A stretch of DNA of 64,000 nucleotides from Dictyostelium discoideum (Eukaryota), in contig CM000152.2 in assembly GCA_000004695.1 (NCBI GenBank), positions 5,664,001-5,728,000 of the forward strand. Reading direction: 5' to 3'. Made by a program: the position numbers and the translations under genes. Position 1 is the stretch's first letter; the number at the start of each line of letters is the position of its first letter. Positions 10,704 to 22,027 of the stretch are shown piece after piece. The notes beneath the pieces are model-generated. The model had not been told where the DNA came from. It ran no database searches and saw only the letters and a program-made list of their open reading frames with translations.

Positions 10704-11892
10704 TTTAAATTGGATTTAAATTGAATTTAAAGCCGCGTTTAAAAAATTCATTTTTAAGGTAATTTTTAAGGTAATTTTTAAGATATTTAAAAATGCCTTT
10801 AAAATTTGCTTTAAAATAAATTTTTAAGCAATTTTAAAGGTGATTTTAAAGGTGATTTTAAAGGTGATTTTTAAGGTAATTTTTAAGATAATTTTTAAGA
10901 TATTTAAAAATACCTTTAAAATTTATTTTAAATTAATTTTAAATAGGATTTAAAGTAGATTAAAAGTAGATTTAAAGTGAATTTAAATTTCCTTTAAACA
11001 TAAATTTAAGGTTTTTAATAAAAAAGATCTAATTTTAGCACAAAAAAATGGGGATAAAATATTCTATCATTTTTAAATTTTTCATCAAAGCAATCAAATG
11101 GTGTAATGGTTGATGAGACTACCCTTTGATAGAGGGTCGGGGGATCGAATCCCTTTTGGGTAATTTTTGAAAAATTAAAAAAAAATTTTAAAAAATTTAT
11201 CCGTTAAATAACGGATTCGAACTCAGGACCTCGCTTTTAAAGCCATTAAAAAGGTAATTTTAAAGGTAATTTTAAAGGTAATTTTTAAGGTGATTTTAAA
11301 GTAACCTTAAAAATTACCTTTAAAATTACCTTTAAAATTACCTTTTTAATGGCTTTAAAAGCGAGGTCCTGAGTTCGAATCCGTTATTTAACGGATAAAT
11401 TTTTTAAAATTTTTTTTTTAATTTTTCAAAAATTACCAAAAGGGATTCGATCCCCCGACCCTCTATCAAAGGGTAGTCTCTTCAACCATTACACCATTTG
11501 ATTGCTTTGATGAAAAATTAAAAATGATTGATTTTTTTTTCCCCATTTTTTTGTTCTAAAATTAGATCTTTTTTATTAAAAACCTTAAATTTATGTTTAA
11601 AGGAAATTTAAATTCACTTTAAATCTACTTTAAATCTACTTTAAATCCTATTTAAAATTAATTTAAAATAAATTTTAAAGGTATTTTTAAATATCTTAAA
11701 AATTATCTTAAAAATTACCTTAAAAATCACCTTTAAAATCACCTTTAAAATCACCTTTAAAATTGCTTAAAAATTTATTTTAAAGCAAATTTTAAAGGCA
11801 TTTTTAAATATCTTAAAAATTACCTTAAAAATTACCTTAAAAATGAATTTTTTAAACGCGGCTTTAAATTCAATTTAAATCCAATTTAAATC
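10702..11892. repeat. 1.19-kb near-perfect palindrome (about 590-bp arms, 12-nt central spacer)
   Basis: 10702..11290 is the reverse complement of 11303..11892 with a few mismatches. The arms contain tandem 12-13-mers (aaggtgatttt/aaggtaatttt), a tRNA-like anticodon arm (ACCCT-TTGATAG-AGGGT) plus a GATCGAATCCC T-loop-like motif, and a second GGATTCGAACTCAGGACCTCGC motif. Confidence 0.9.
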
Positions 11893-12484
11893 CTTAAGCA
11901 ATTAATTATTAAGCGATTAAGGTGTTTTCTTTGCTGTGTTCCAAATCACCATCCATTCACTTCCAATCACCATTAAATCCCTTCCAATTCACCTTTTAAA
12001 TCACCATTTAAATCACCTTCCAAATCACCATCAATAGGAAAAATCGTTAATGTGATCCTTCAAAAAAAGTTGCAAAAACAAAGTTAACAAGGACACAAAA
12101 ATTAGAACTTGATTTGGTTGCAATTAATAGAAGGGGGTATGGGGAAATTAGAAAATAAAAACAAGTGGCCAAATCAAAAAAACAAAAAAAACACAAATCA
12201 ACACAAAAAATTAAAAAAAAAAAAAAAAATTAAAAATTAAAAAAAAAAAAAAATTGAAAAAAATAAAAAAAAATTACATTTGTTAAAAAAAATAAAAAAA
12301 AATAAAAAAAAATAAAACTTAAAAAAAATTGAAAAAACAAAATAAAAAAAAAAAATTGAAAAAACAAAATAAAAAAAAATTTCAAAAAAAAAGAATGATC
12401 GAAGAATTAATAGATTCGATAAAACTCTTAAGAAATTTAGCCATTGAATATGGCAATGAAGAATAGTTAGATTCAGAGGAAAAT

Positions 12485-12793
12485 TTGACTAAATTCCTCG
12501 AAAAAGCAGCCAAAGTACTATATGTAAATAGTGGTGATGCTTTAATCGTTAAAAATCCAAATATGATGTTAGAAGCATTAGAATTAAAATCAAAACAATT
12601 TCACCAACATTGTGTAAAAACTGTAATAGAAAACGAATTATATTTGGACTTTTTTGTATACAAAGGAAAATGCAAAAACATCAAATGCACCAGAGGTAAC
12701 AAAGCTAGAAAAAATTCAATTGTGTGCAGTGTTTACAGTGATATGGTAAATCAAGCAATTGAACAACTCAGGGAGTTAATAAAAATAAATTAA
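12485..12793 (+). CDS. hypothetical small ORF inside transposon
   Basis: 102-aa ORF between the palindrome and the right TIR, preceded by a short ATG ORF (12400..12471). No recognizable domain. Confidence 0.3.
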   Translation: MTKFLEKAAKVLYVNSGDALIVKNPNMMLEALELKSKQFHQHCVKTVIENELYLDFFVYKGKCKNIKCTRGNKARKNSIVCSVYSDMVNQAIEQLRELIKIN

Positions 12794-12933
12794 TAAAAAT
12801 AAATTAAAAAAAAAAAAATTGAAAAAAAAAAAAAATTAACAATAATAATAAATAAAATAATAATTAAAACAAAAATAAAAATTACAATTTAATAAACAAA
12901 TAAAAATTGAAAAAAATTTAAAAAAAAAAATTG

Positions 12934-12973
<40 letters not shown>

Positions 12974-13034
12974 AACAATAATTATAATAAAAATAAATAA
13001 AATAATAATTAAAACAAAAAATAAAATTTCAATT

Positions 13035-13180
13035 TAATAAACTTTATTTGTTTTTTGAAAAAAAAAAAAATTTAAGGTCAGTGATTTTTTTTTTTCACTA
13101 CGCTACTGTAGTGAAATTAAATAATAAAATTCACTACGCTACTGTAGTGAAATTTTATGGAAAATTCCCTACAACAAAAT
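13035..13180. repeat. right terminal inverted repeat
   Basis: Reverse complement of 8055..8200. Confidence 0.85.
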
Positions 13181-13311
13181 AGTTAAGAACAATTAAAATA
13201 ATGATTTTTTTTAGTCTTGATTCAGCACATTGGTATTTTAATAGGTTTCTTTAAAAACGGAAAATAAAATTAAAAAAAAAATAAAAAAAAAATTAAGTGT
13301 GTTCCAGAAAG

Positions 13312-13347
<36 letters not shown>

Positions 13348-13614
13348 AAAAGGCAGAATTAAATTAATTTTTCAGCACTTTTATGGTGAAATTTTTACAT
13401 CCCCACCCCAAAAAAAATATAAAAACAATTTTTTTTTAGATTTCATACAAATAAAAACATTGCTATTTTTTGATTATTTTTTTTTTTTTTTTTTACCTAA
13501 AAGCGGTATATTGTTATATTTTATTACATTTTTAAATTTTTAGATTTTTAAATTTTTAAATTTTTATATTGTTATATGTTGATATTTTTGGTTATATTAT
13601 GATTACTACTACCT

Positions 13615-13615
<1 letters not shown>

Positions 13616-13651
<36 letters not shown>

Positions 13652-15900
13652 TATAATGGAATTGGGTTTGGAGTGTTCGGGTTATGCCATGATGTGTTGA
13701 AGTTGATTATTAATTGGTCTCTGTTATTTAATTTGTATATTGTTTCATTCCTTTCGATCTTCTTTATTAAAATGAATTTCTCTATTTTAATTAAGTTGGT
13801 TAGTTCTTTTTCAATTAATGTTGGATCAAATGAGGGTGGAGATTTAGATTCGTCTTGATTGAATAGTTTGTGACAAATTATTCTCCATAGTTGATGTATA
13901 ATTATGCCGATTAAATTTGGGTAGATTCTTTCTTTTTTATTTGTTTTGCTAATATCTAGTGAATTGAGATCCCAATTTCTGATCTTGAAGAATGAGAGAT
14001 TGTTGAATGTTGAAATTATTATGTTTTCTATTTCTTTTACTTGCATACAGTCTATAAAAAGGTGAGTGTATGGGTCACGGATTATATTGTTACAGATTTT
14101 GCATGGTACGTTACGTTCATAGTTGATTCCAGGAAGTGACCTTGAGAAAAATCTGAATAGTGTATTTCTACCTTTTTGATGTGATATGTGGTTGATATGT
14201 TGGAAGATGGATGGTATGTTGATGTTATTTATTGAAATTAGATTTTTTTGTCCATCTGTTTTTCTTATTGATTTGTATTTGTGAGTGATTAACATGTTAT
14301 AGATTTCTTTAAGTTGAAGTGGCTTTTTGTTTTGACCTTTGATACAATCAGGTAGTGATTTTAGTTTATTGTGTTGTGGTGCAAAGTTGTTTCTAAAATC
14401 TTTCCATCTGTCTACCATCTCTCTTAATCCAATTGATATATATTTGCTGTTGCTGATTTGTTCCATATACCATTCTTGTAGTATGTTGCATGCTTTTATC
14501 TTGATAATGTGTAATAATCTATTCATGTTCCAAACTTTGAATGCTATTTGTCTGATACCTAAGTCCCACATCTTAATTCCACCTTCTTTCCAATCACCGT
14601 ATGCTCTATCCATTGTCATTAATGTTCTATATTTATGTTCTTCTGTGTATGTATTTTTAATTGCGGAGAAGAGGAACCATTTAATGATATTGTTTAGTTC
14701 AGTAATGTGTGATTCATTTAGTGAGTCTAGATATTGATGGTAGGATAATCTCGATAGCGCATATGTTTTGACAATTGTCATCTTTGCTCTTATTGTAGTT
14801 GCTTGACTTTTCCAATTGTTTAAGCTATCTTTGATTGAGTTGATGATTGATGTGATTTTTGAATTGAGGCCCACTTTCGTGAAATTGAGACCCAAGTATC
14901 TTTCTGGAGCTTCACTAATCTTAAATGGGAGGTTTGGTGGTATATTACCAATGCATATCATAACAGTTTTCTCTTGATTAAGTTTTGAAGATGTACCTAG
15001 ACAGTAGTTGTTGATTTTATCCAATACTAATTTTAATTCTTCTGCTGAGTTGTTGAAAGTTGACATATCATCTGCGAATGCTGTTAGCTTGATTCTTTTC
15101 TGGTCTGATAATTTAAATCCTTTAATTTCGTTTTCTTTAAGTATATCAATTAGTAGTGCTTCCATTACAAGTGCAAATATTGTTGGTGATAATGGATCTC
15201 CTTGTTTTGTGCCTCTGTTAACTGTAATGTGTCCCACCAGGAAGTCATTTATCTTGATCTTATTCGTTGTTTCTTTTAATAGATTCATTATTAATTCTAC
15301 TATCGTTTTTGGTATGCCAATGTGGCTCAATGTTCTTCTGATACTTTTGTGGCTAATTGAGTCGAAAGCTTTGTTGAAATCGAAGAATGTGATTAACGTA
15401 GTACTGTTTCTTGATTTGTTTGCTCTTTCGATTACCTCCTTCATTATTTGAATATTATCTTGGATGTAACGATTTGGAACAAACCCATTTTGAAATTTGT
15501 TTATTATTTTCTTTGTAACTGCAAGTAAACGGTTGTTGATGATCTTACTTAATAGTTTGTAGTCCGTATTGAGTAGAGTAATTGGTCTTCTATTAGCTAT
15601 TTGTAGTTCATCTCCTTTCTTGAATAGTGTTGTGATAAATCCTTCTTTGAATTTTGGATTGATTTCTTTTTGATTAGTTAATGTATCATTAAATACTTTT
15701 GCTAAGATTGTTGAAAGTGATGCAGAGTGGTTTCTATATAATGCAGCATTGATTCCATCTAGTCCTGGAGATTTGTGTGGATTAGAATTTTTAATTGCAT
15801 TATTGACTTCTTTTGGTGTGATTGCACTATCTAATGATAGTCTGGAAATGTATTGTTTGTCCACTATCCATTTATCCAATAGTTCCCTATTTTTTGATTA
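13616..15900 (-). mobile_element. 5'-truncated non-LTR (LINE-like, TRE-type) retrotransposon
   Basis: RT ORF with a poly(A) tail (plus-strand T34 at 13616..13649). The 5' junction lies ~55 bp from the 3' end of the tRNA-Ser-like gene at 15957..16052 in the same orientation. Confidence 0.8.
13651..15879 (-). CDS. reverse transcriptase ORF2 (endonuclease domain missing), C-terminal CCHC-like zinc knuckle
   Basis: Motifs RRPITLLNTDYKLLSKIINNRL, FFDFNKAFDSISH, FADDMSTF (YxDD box), C-terminal CKICNN...HLFIDC. Confidence 0.85.
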
Positions 15901-15956
15901 TTGATTTAGTTAAACTGAACATATAAACAATGTAATGCATCAAAACACAAAAGATT

Positions 15957-16052
15957 CGACGCCTGCAGGATTTGAACCTGCGCCCCCGAAGGGATTGAAT
16001 TACTCTTTTATATGATTCGAGTCCAACTCATTAACCACTCTGACAAAGCGTC
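15957..16052 (-). tRNA. tRNA-Ser(CGA)-like gene with a 15-nt intron
   Basis: Acceptor GACGCTT/AGGCGTC (one G-U); D-loop GAGTGGTTAA; anticodon stem TTGGA/TTCAA with loop CTCGAA(A), anticodon CGA; intron TCATATAAAAGAGTA after position 37; long variable arm CCCTTCGGGGG; T-arm GCAGG-TTCAAAT-CCTGC. Confidence 0.55.
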
Positions 16053-16139
16053 ACAATTTTTAGATGATTTTATCTGCATTTCTCAATTGAAATTAGAGAG
16101 GATAATGTTCATAGTAAACTGAATAAATTTATTCAAATT

Positions 16140-16178
<39 letters not shown>

Positions 16179-16514
16179 TTTAACTGTTTTAATTCTATTT
16201 AAATTATATATTACCTTTTTTGATAATTAAATAAGAATTTTTTAAATTAATTTTTTTTTTATATTTTAAATATTTTGTAAATTTTTTGGATGTTTGTGAT
16301 TTTTGTATATTTTATACTTTCATTTTGGGTGGGTTCAGTTCCTTAATTCGAAGGATCAAAATAAACAAAATCATCTCTAGGAACCTCAAAAAGTTCAATG
16401 GAACACATCATATAAAACAATACTCTTCCTAAAAAAATGAAATTTGAAAGATTACAATGGAATTATGACTATTTAAATACTTTTTTTATTATTATTATTA
16501 TTTTTTTATTATTT

Positions 16515-16811
16515 TCATTTTAATATTTTCAATTTTTTTTCAAAGAATTCTTGATATGTTTCAGATGGAAATGAACCGGCAGAGAGCTTATCTAAACACT
16601 TCATCATGTAATTGAAAACAAGAGGGTTCCAGTCTTGTTGGCCCTTGGAAATTATTTGTTTATTTGATACATCAGTAGAGTTGAAACCTAAGCACACCAA
16701 TTCAATATTATTTTTAGTATAGCCTTTCTTGTTGTGGATCCTATTTACAGATAATTTGAAAACTCTATTATTTTCTCCAATATCACCGAGCTGATAGTGA
16801 ATTTGGCTCAT
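16515..16811 (-). CDS. hypothetical ORF (possible 3' exon of Cys-rich gene)
   Basis: 98-aa ORF; overlaps in another frame the end of a CxxC-containing exon (~16829..16960). The VCLGFN motif is weakly reminiscent of HNH/EndoVII-type nucleases. Confidence 0.3.
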   Translation of the reverse strand: MSQIHYQLGDIGENNRVFKLSVNRIHNKKGYTKNNIELVCLGFNSTDVSNKQIISKGQQDWNPLVFNYMMKCLDKLSAGSFPSETYQEFFEKKLKILK

Positions 16812-17073
16812 CTGGTCTTCTTACAAATTTGGCCTTGGTAATGGCACATCTATCATCATTATTATCACATAGTTTTTCTAATGTTTCTCTTGTTAAACTA
16901 AATTTTCCATATTTTCCATTTTTTTATATGTTGATGGGATCTTTTGTTTGCATTATTTGAAATGTTACGCATAAAATAAGTGTTACCTCCTTTTGACCTG
17001 AATTATTAAAAAAAAAAAAAAAAAAAAAAAATTAAAAACTATAATAAGAATATGCGAAATAATAATAAAAAAC

Positions 17074-17436
17074 TTACAAACACATTTTACATGTCAATAC
17101 ATTTTCTCTTTCATAATTCCATAATGGTTTATCTTGTAAACAACCTATACATTTTTTAAAAATATTAACATCACAATTCTTTAAAAGATCTTTGAAATTA
17201 TCCGATCTTTTAAAGGGAACTATTAATTCATCTTCACTTGAAATGTGTTTCAATTTAAGAAATGAATCTCTTGGATATTTAAAACAATGTTGAGTTATTC
17301 TATGATTAACATCAATATCATTATGATACAAAATACAATGGCCAATATAATTTACAGTAAAAATGTTACAACCAATACAATAACCATTTACTATTTCTGA
17401 ATTTTTTTTTCTTTTTTCAATTCTTCTTCCTCTCAA
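17074..17436 (-). CDS. hypothetical Cys-rich (multiple CxxC) protein exon
   Basis: 120-aa ORF with GYCIGC...GHC and CIGC...CKMC pairs, plus downstream KLCDNNDDRCAITKAKF in an adjacent exon. Confidence 0.35.
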   Translation of the reverse strand: MRGRRIEKRKKNSEIVNGYCIGCNIFTVNYIGHCILYHNDIDVNHRITQHCFKYPRDSFLKLKHISSEDELIVPFKRSDNFKDLLKNCDVNIFKKCIGCLQDKPLWNYERENVLTCKMCL

Positions 17437-17621
17437 CCATTATTTTTATACATCTAACACAGGTTTCAAAAATTCAACTATAAAATGATGACGGTGAACG
17501 AAGTCTATTACAAAATTTACATATTATAAAACTTTTAAAACTTTTATAAATTGAAAGAAAAAAAAAAAAAAAAGATTAATAATTTTTATAAAATATAATA
17601 CTTCATTGATTAATTTTATAA

Positions 17622-18185
<564 letters not shown>

Positions 18186-18253
18186 TATAATAATAATAAA
18201 ATAGAAATAATATAATGGGAACCTAAGATTGAATGTGGAAATCAAAAAAGGAT

Positions 18254-18306
<53 letters not shown>

Positions 18307-18673
18307 TAATTTTTTATTTTTTTTTTTTTACAATTCAATAGAATAATTTAATCGTATATAATACTTATCTCTCTTACATCATATAAATATAGGTTTGTTA
18401 AAATTATAATTTTTTTAAGAATTAATGTATCTTTTTATATTGTAAAATATTAATGAGGTTTACTCTTATTTCAATCATATTAGTTTCATTTTATTTATTG
18501 TCGAAAAGTTATTTAGGCCAAGGCTAGTGAAAAGCTGTATTCAGTGGGCAGAAACTGGACTCACCATATAGATGCAGGCAGTGACTCTTCAGTGAATCGG
18601 AGCAGGTTACCTGAGTGGCAGTCCCTTAATACAAATTAGTTTACTATGAACATTATCCTCACTAATTTCAATT

Positions 18674-18776
18674 TTTTTTTTTGACGCAATTATTAATTGC
18701 TTCTCCCTGAGATGCTAGATCTCATTTTATTTGTAGTTTTTTACAGGGTCTCTAAAAGAGGGGTTAGTTTACTTTT

Positions 18777-18816
<40 letters not shown>

Positions 18817-18846
18817 TATATTTTCTTTAAAAAGTTCTCACTAATT
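18674..18846 (-). mobile_element. retroelement 3'-end fragment (TRE5-like C-module plus oligo(A)) flanked by a 16-bp target-site duplication
   Basis: Insert is bounded by the direct repeat ctcactaatttcaatt (18658..18673 and 18847..18862). Its core (18683..18775) matches the reverse complement of 46078..46165. Has T9 and T47 runs (A-runs on the minus strand). Confidence 0.5.
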
Positions 18847-18894
18847 TCAATTGACAAATGCAGATAAAATCATCTGAAATTTGTGACGCTTTGT

Positions 18895-18977
18895 CAGAGT
18901 GGTTATTGAGTTGGACTCGAAGCATATAAAAGAGTAATTCAATCCCTTCGGGGGCGCAGGTTCAAATTAAGTAGTAA
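18895..18977 (+). pseudogene. truncated tRNA-Ser(CGA)-like pseudogene
   Basis: Near-identical to the minus-strand gene at 15957..16052 (D-arm A to T, loop T to G changes) but ends after the T-loop, lacking the 3' T-stem/acceptor. It shares the ~60-bp conserved 5' flank. Confidence 0.5.
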
Positions 18978-19059
18978 TGGATAATTAATTACACAACAAC
19001 AGAAGATATTGCCAAGTTTTATAAAACTAGATTTTGTTGGTTCAATATATTTTAATATC

Positions 19060-19090
<31 letters not shown>

Positions 19091-19181
19091 ATTATTAAAA
19101 AAAAAAAAATTTAATCAATATAATTAATGTAATGTAATTAGAAATAATATTAATAATTAATTTATTTATTTATTTATTAAT

Positions 19182-19212
<31 letters not shown>

Positions 19213-19945
19213 TATTTATTTTTGTTTATAGTTTTTTTAATTTTGTATGGCCCCAAAATTTTTGAGACTAAACAAATCCATAACGAAAATTTAAAACTGG
19301 GCTTTGTCCATATTTCCCCGCCCATCTGTTTTTATTTTTTTTTTTTTTGTTTTAAAACCATCATAATTACAAAAATAATAACAATAAAATAAAAATAAAT
19401 TAATTCATTTTATAAGTAGCGACAAAAAAAAAAAATAGGTTAAAAAATTATTAATTGATTTGATCTGAAAAAAAAGTAAATATAAAAAAAAAATAAAAAT
19501 TTAAAAAATAAAATTAAATATTTGATACCCAAATACTACACCAAACCAAACTAAATAAAAATAAAAAAAACAAATATATAAAAAAAAAAAAAAAAAAAAT
19601 ATAAGAATTAAAAAAAAAGTTGGGTTTTGGTATCGAAAATTTTTAAAAATAACAAAAGAATAACATCAAAAACTCACTATATATAGAATGTTTTTTTATT
19701 GTTTATTTATTTCTTATTTATTAGAATAAAAAAAAAAACAATAATATAAAAAAAAATAATATAAAAAAAAAAATAAAAAAAAAATAAAAATAAATTAAAA
19801 CAAAAAGAATTCGATATTATTTAAAATTTTTTTTTTTTTTTTTTTTTTCTTTTTTAAATTAATAATTTTATTATTTTATTATATTATTTTTATACTATTA
19901 ATTTATATTAATAACTATAAAGAACTATTTAAATAATAATATATT

Positions 19946-20002
<57 letters not shown>

Positions 20003-20659
20003 GCAATCTTTTTTTAAATTAAATCCATTGGATATCACAATATATTTTTTTTTTAAAATTTAATGATTATTTTTTTTTAAAAAAACAATTATGATCATTC
20101 TACTTTTATTGAACAAATCCATTTCTATCTTGGGTTTAATGCTTTTACTAAATAATTATTATAAAAATATAAAAAAAAACACAATAAAAAAAATTATATA
20201 AAATAAAAAATAAAATAATAAAATAATAATAAAAATATCTTTATAAAGAACAATTGCTCCACAAAAATAAAAAACAATAATAAAAAAATCTTAATATTAA
20301 AATAAAATATCTTTATAATAATTTCACAATATAAAAAAAATAAAAAATAAAAAAAAATAAAAAATAAAAATAAGTAAAAAGGCAAAAATAATTGTAGTTC
20401 ACCCCCCAATTAAATTTCAATTTTTTCAATTTTTTTTTTAATTTTTTTTAATTTTTTTTTTTTTTCAAATTTTTTTTTTTTTTTTTTTGCTATCCCATTT
20501 TTTTTTTCATAAAATTTTATTTCAATTTCAAACCAAAACATAAAATGTAAGTTTTTTTTTTGTATAGAGATATTAAATTTTTTTTTGAATCTGATTATTA
20601 ACCTACTTATTATTACTATTATTATTACTATTATTTTAAAACCACCAATAGAATTAAAA

Positions 20660-21426
20660 ATGACAACTGTTAAACCAACCTCCCCAGAAAACCCACGTGT
20701 CTTCTTTGATATCACCATCGGTGGTGTTGAAGCCGGTAAAGTAGTTATGGAATTATATGCCAACACTGTCCCAAAGACTGCTGAAAACTTCAGAGTAAGT
20801 ATATTTATATTTTTTATAATTAAAGTGTAAAGATTACAAAACTTTAAAAAACTAACCTTTATTTATTATTTTTATTTATTTATTTATTCATTTTTTCAAT
20901 TATTAATAATAGGCTTTATGTACTGGTGAAAAAGGTATCGGTAAATCAGGCAAACCATTATCATACAAAGGATCATCTTTCCATCGTGTTATCACCAACT
21001 TTATGTGTCAAGGTGGTGACTTTACCATGGGTAATGGTACTGGTGGTGAATCAATCTACGGTAACAAATTTGCTGATGAAAACTTCAAATTAAAACATTT
21101 CGGTCAAGGTACACTCTCAATGGCCAACGCTGGTGCCAACACCAATGGTTCACAATTCTTTATCTGTGTTGCTCGTATGTATATTAAGATCAACACCTCC
21201 CTCTTTTATAAATTTTTATTAAAAAAAAAAAAACATTTTATTAATTTTTTTTTTTTTTTTCTTCTCTCTCTTTCAAAAAACAGCAACTGATTGGTTAGAC
21301 GGTAAACACGTTGTATTCGGTTTTGTCACTGAAGGTATGGATGTCGTTAAAAAGATGGAAGCTGCTGGTTCACAATCAGGTAAAACTACCAAACCAGTCG
21401 TCATTGCCAACTGTGGTCAACTTTAA
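20660..21426 (+). CDS. cyclophilin-type peptidyl-prolyl cis-trans isomerase, 3 exons
   Basis: join 20660..20794, 20913..21174, 21284..21426. Motifs [50 protein letters not shown]. Confidence 0.9.
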
Positions 21427-21684
21427 ATTATCAACATATAGCTTTTTTATAATAATTAATAATAATAAAAAGAATTGATTCAATTTTTTTTTGTACCTTT
21501 GTAATTTTTCAAATTAATTTAATTATTTTTATTTAATTATTTAATTTTTTTTTTTTAAGTTTTTTTTTTTTTTTTTTTTTTTTATAATAAAAAAATTTTA
21601 ATTGTATATTTATTTACTTATTTATTTTTTATATATATTATCAATATCAAAATGTTAAAATATTTTAAAACATTTTACAATCAA

Positions 21685-21718
<34 letters not shown>

Positions 21719-21993
21719 TTTTTAAGAATCATCTAAGTTTGCGCACTTTTTTTGTAATGTATATAATATTTTTAAAATATAAATAAATGGTTTTTTTTTA
21801 TTGATTGTAAAATTTTAATCAAATGTTATTTTTTTTTTAATAATTAACAAAATTTGGTCTTGTAAAGAAAATATTTGAACTTTTGGTTGTGATTTGATTT
21901 TTGAATTCATTTTGATCATTGTTTGATTTATTTTGAAATAAAGATGATTTAAAGATATTGATTTTATTATTTGATATTGAAATTAATGATTCT

Positions 21994-22027
<34 letters not shown>

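Larger units (their letters stand above)
8055..13180 (+). mobile_element. DNA transposon with 145-bp terminal inverted repeats encoding a retroviral-integrase-like transposase (Tdd-4-like)
   Basis: 8055..8200 is the near-perfect reverse complement of 13035..13180. Both contain the tandem palindromic motif TTCACTACAGTAGCGTAGTGAA x2. The interior holds an HHCC plus DDE(rve) integrase gene with GT-AG introns, a 1.19-kb palindrome and a small second ORF. Confidence 0.65.

Noticed and set aside
10760-11000. Arrays of 12-13-bp direct repeats (aaggtgatttt / aaggtaatttt) that superficially resemble a repeat-spacer array
   Set aside because: The repeats are contiguous with no unique spacers, lie in both arms of a palindrome inside a eukaryotic transposon, and the window has spliceosomal introns throughout. 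This is not a CRISPR array.
13673-15451. Plus-strand ORFs 13673..13858, 14339..14737 and 15008..15451
   Set aside because: Antisense to the well-supported RT ORF, with no motifs.
19250-19330. Short GC-richer island (ggccccaaaatttttgagactaaac...ccccgcccatctg) in a 1.5-kb AT desert, considered as a possible small ncRNA or upstream-element site
   Set aside because: No recognizable snRNA/class-I RNA fold or Dictyostelium upstream sequence element (DUSE) consensus could be confirmed by eye. Left unannotated.
20194-20766. Minus-strand ORFs 20194..20409 and 20410..20766 upstream of or overlapping the cyclophilin gene
   Set aside because: Low-complexity AT-rich translation (poly-F/I/K). The plus-strand cyclophilin exon explains the only complex part.
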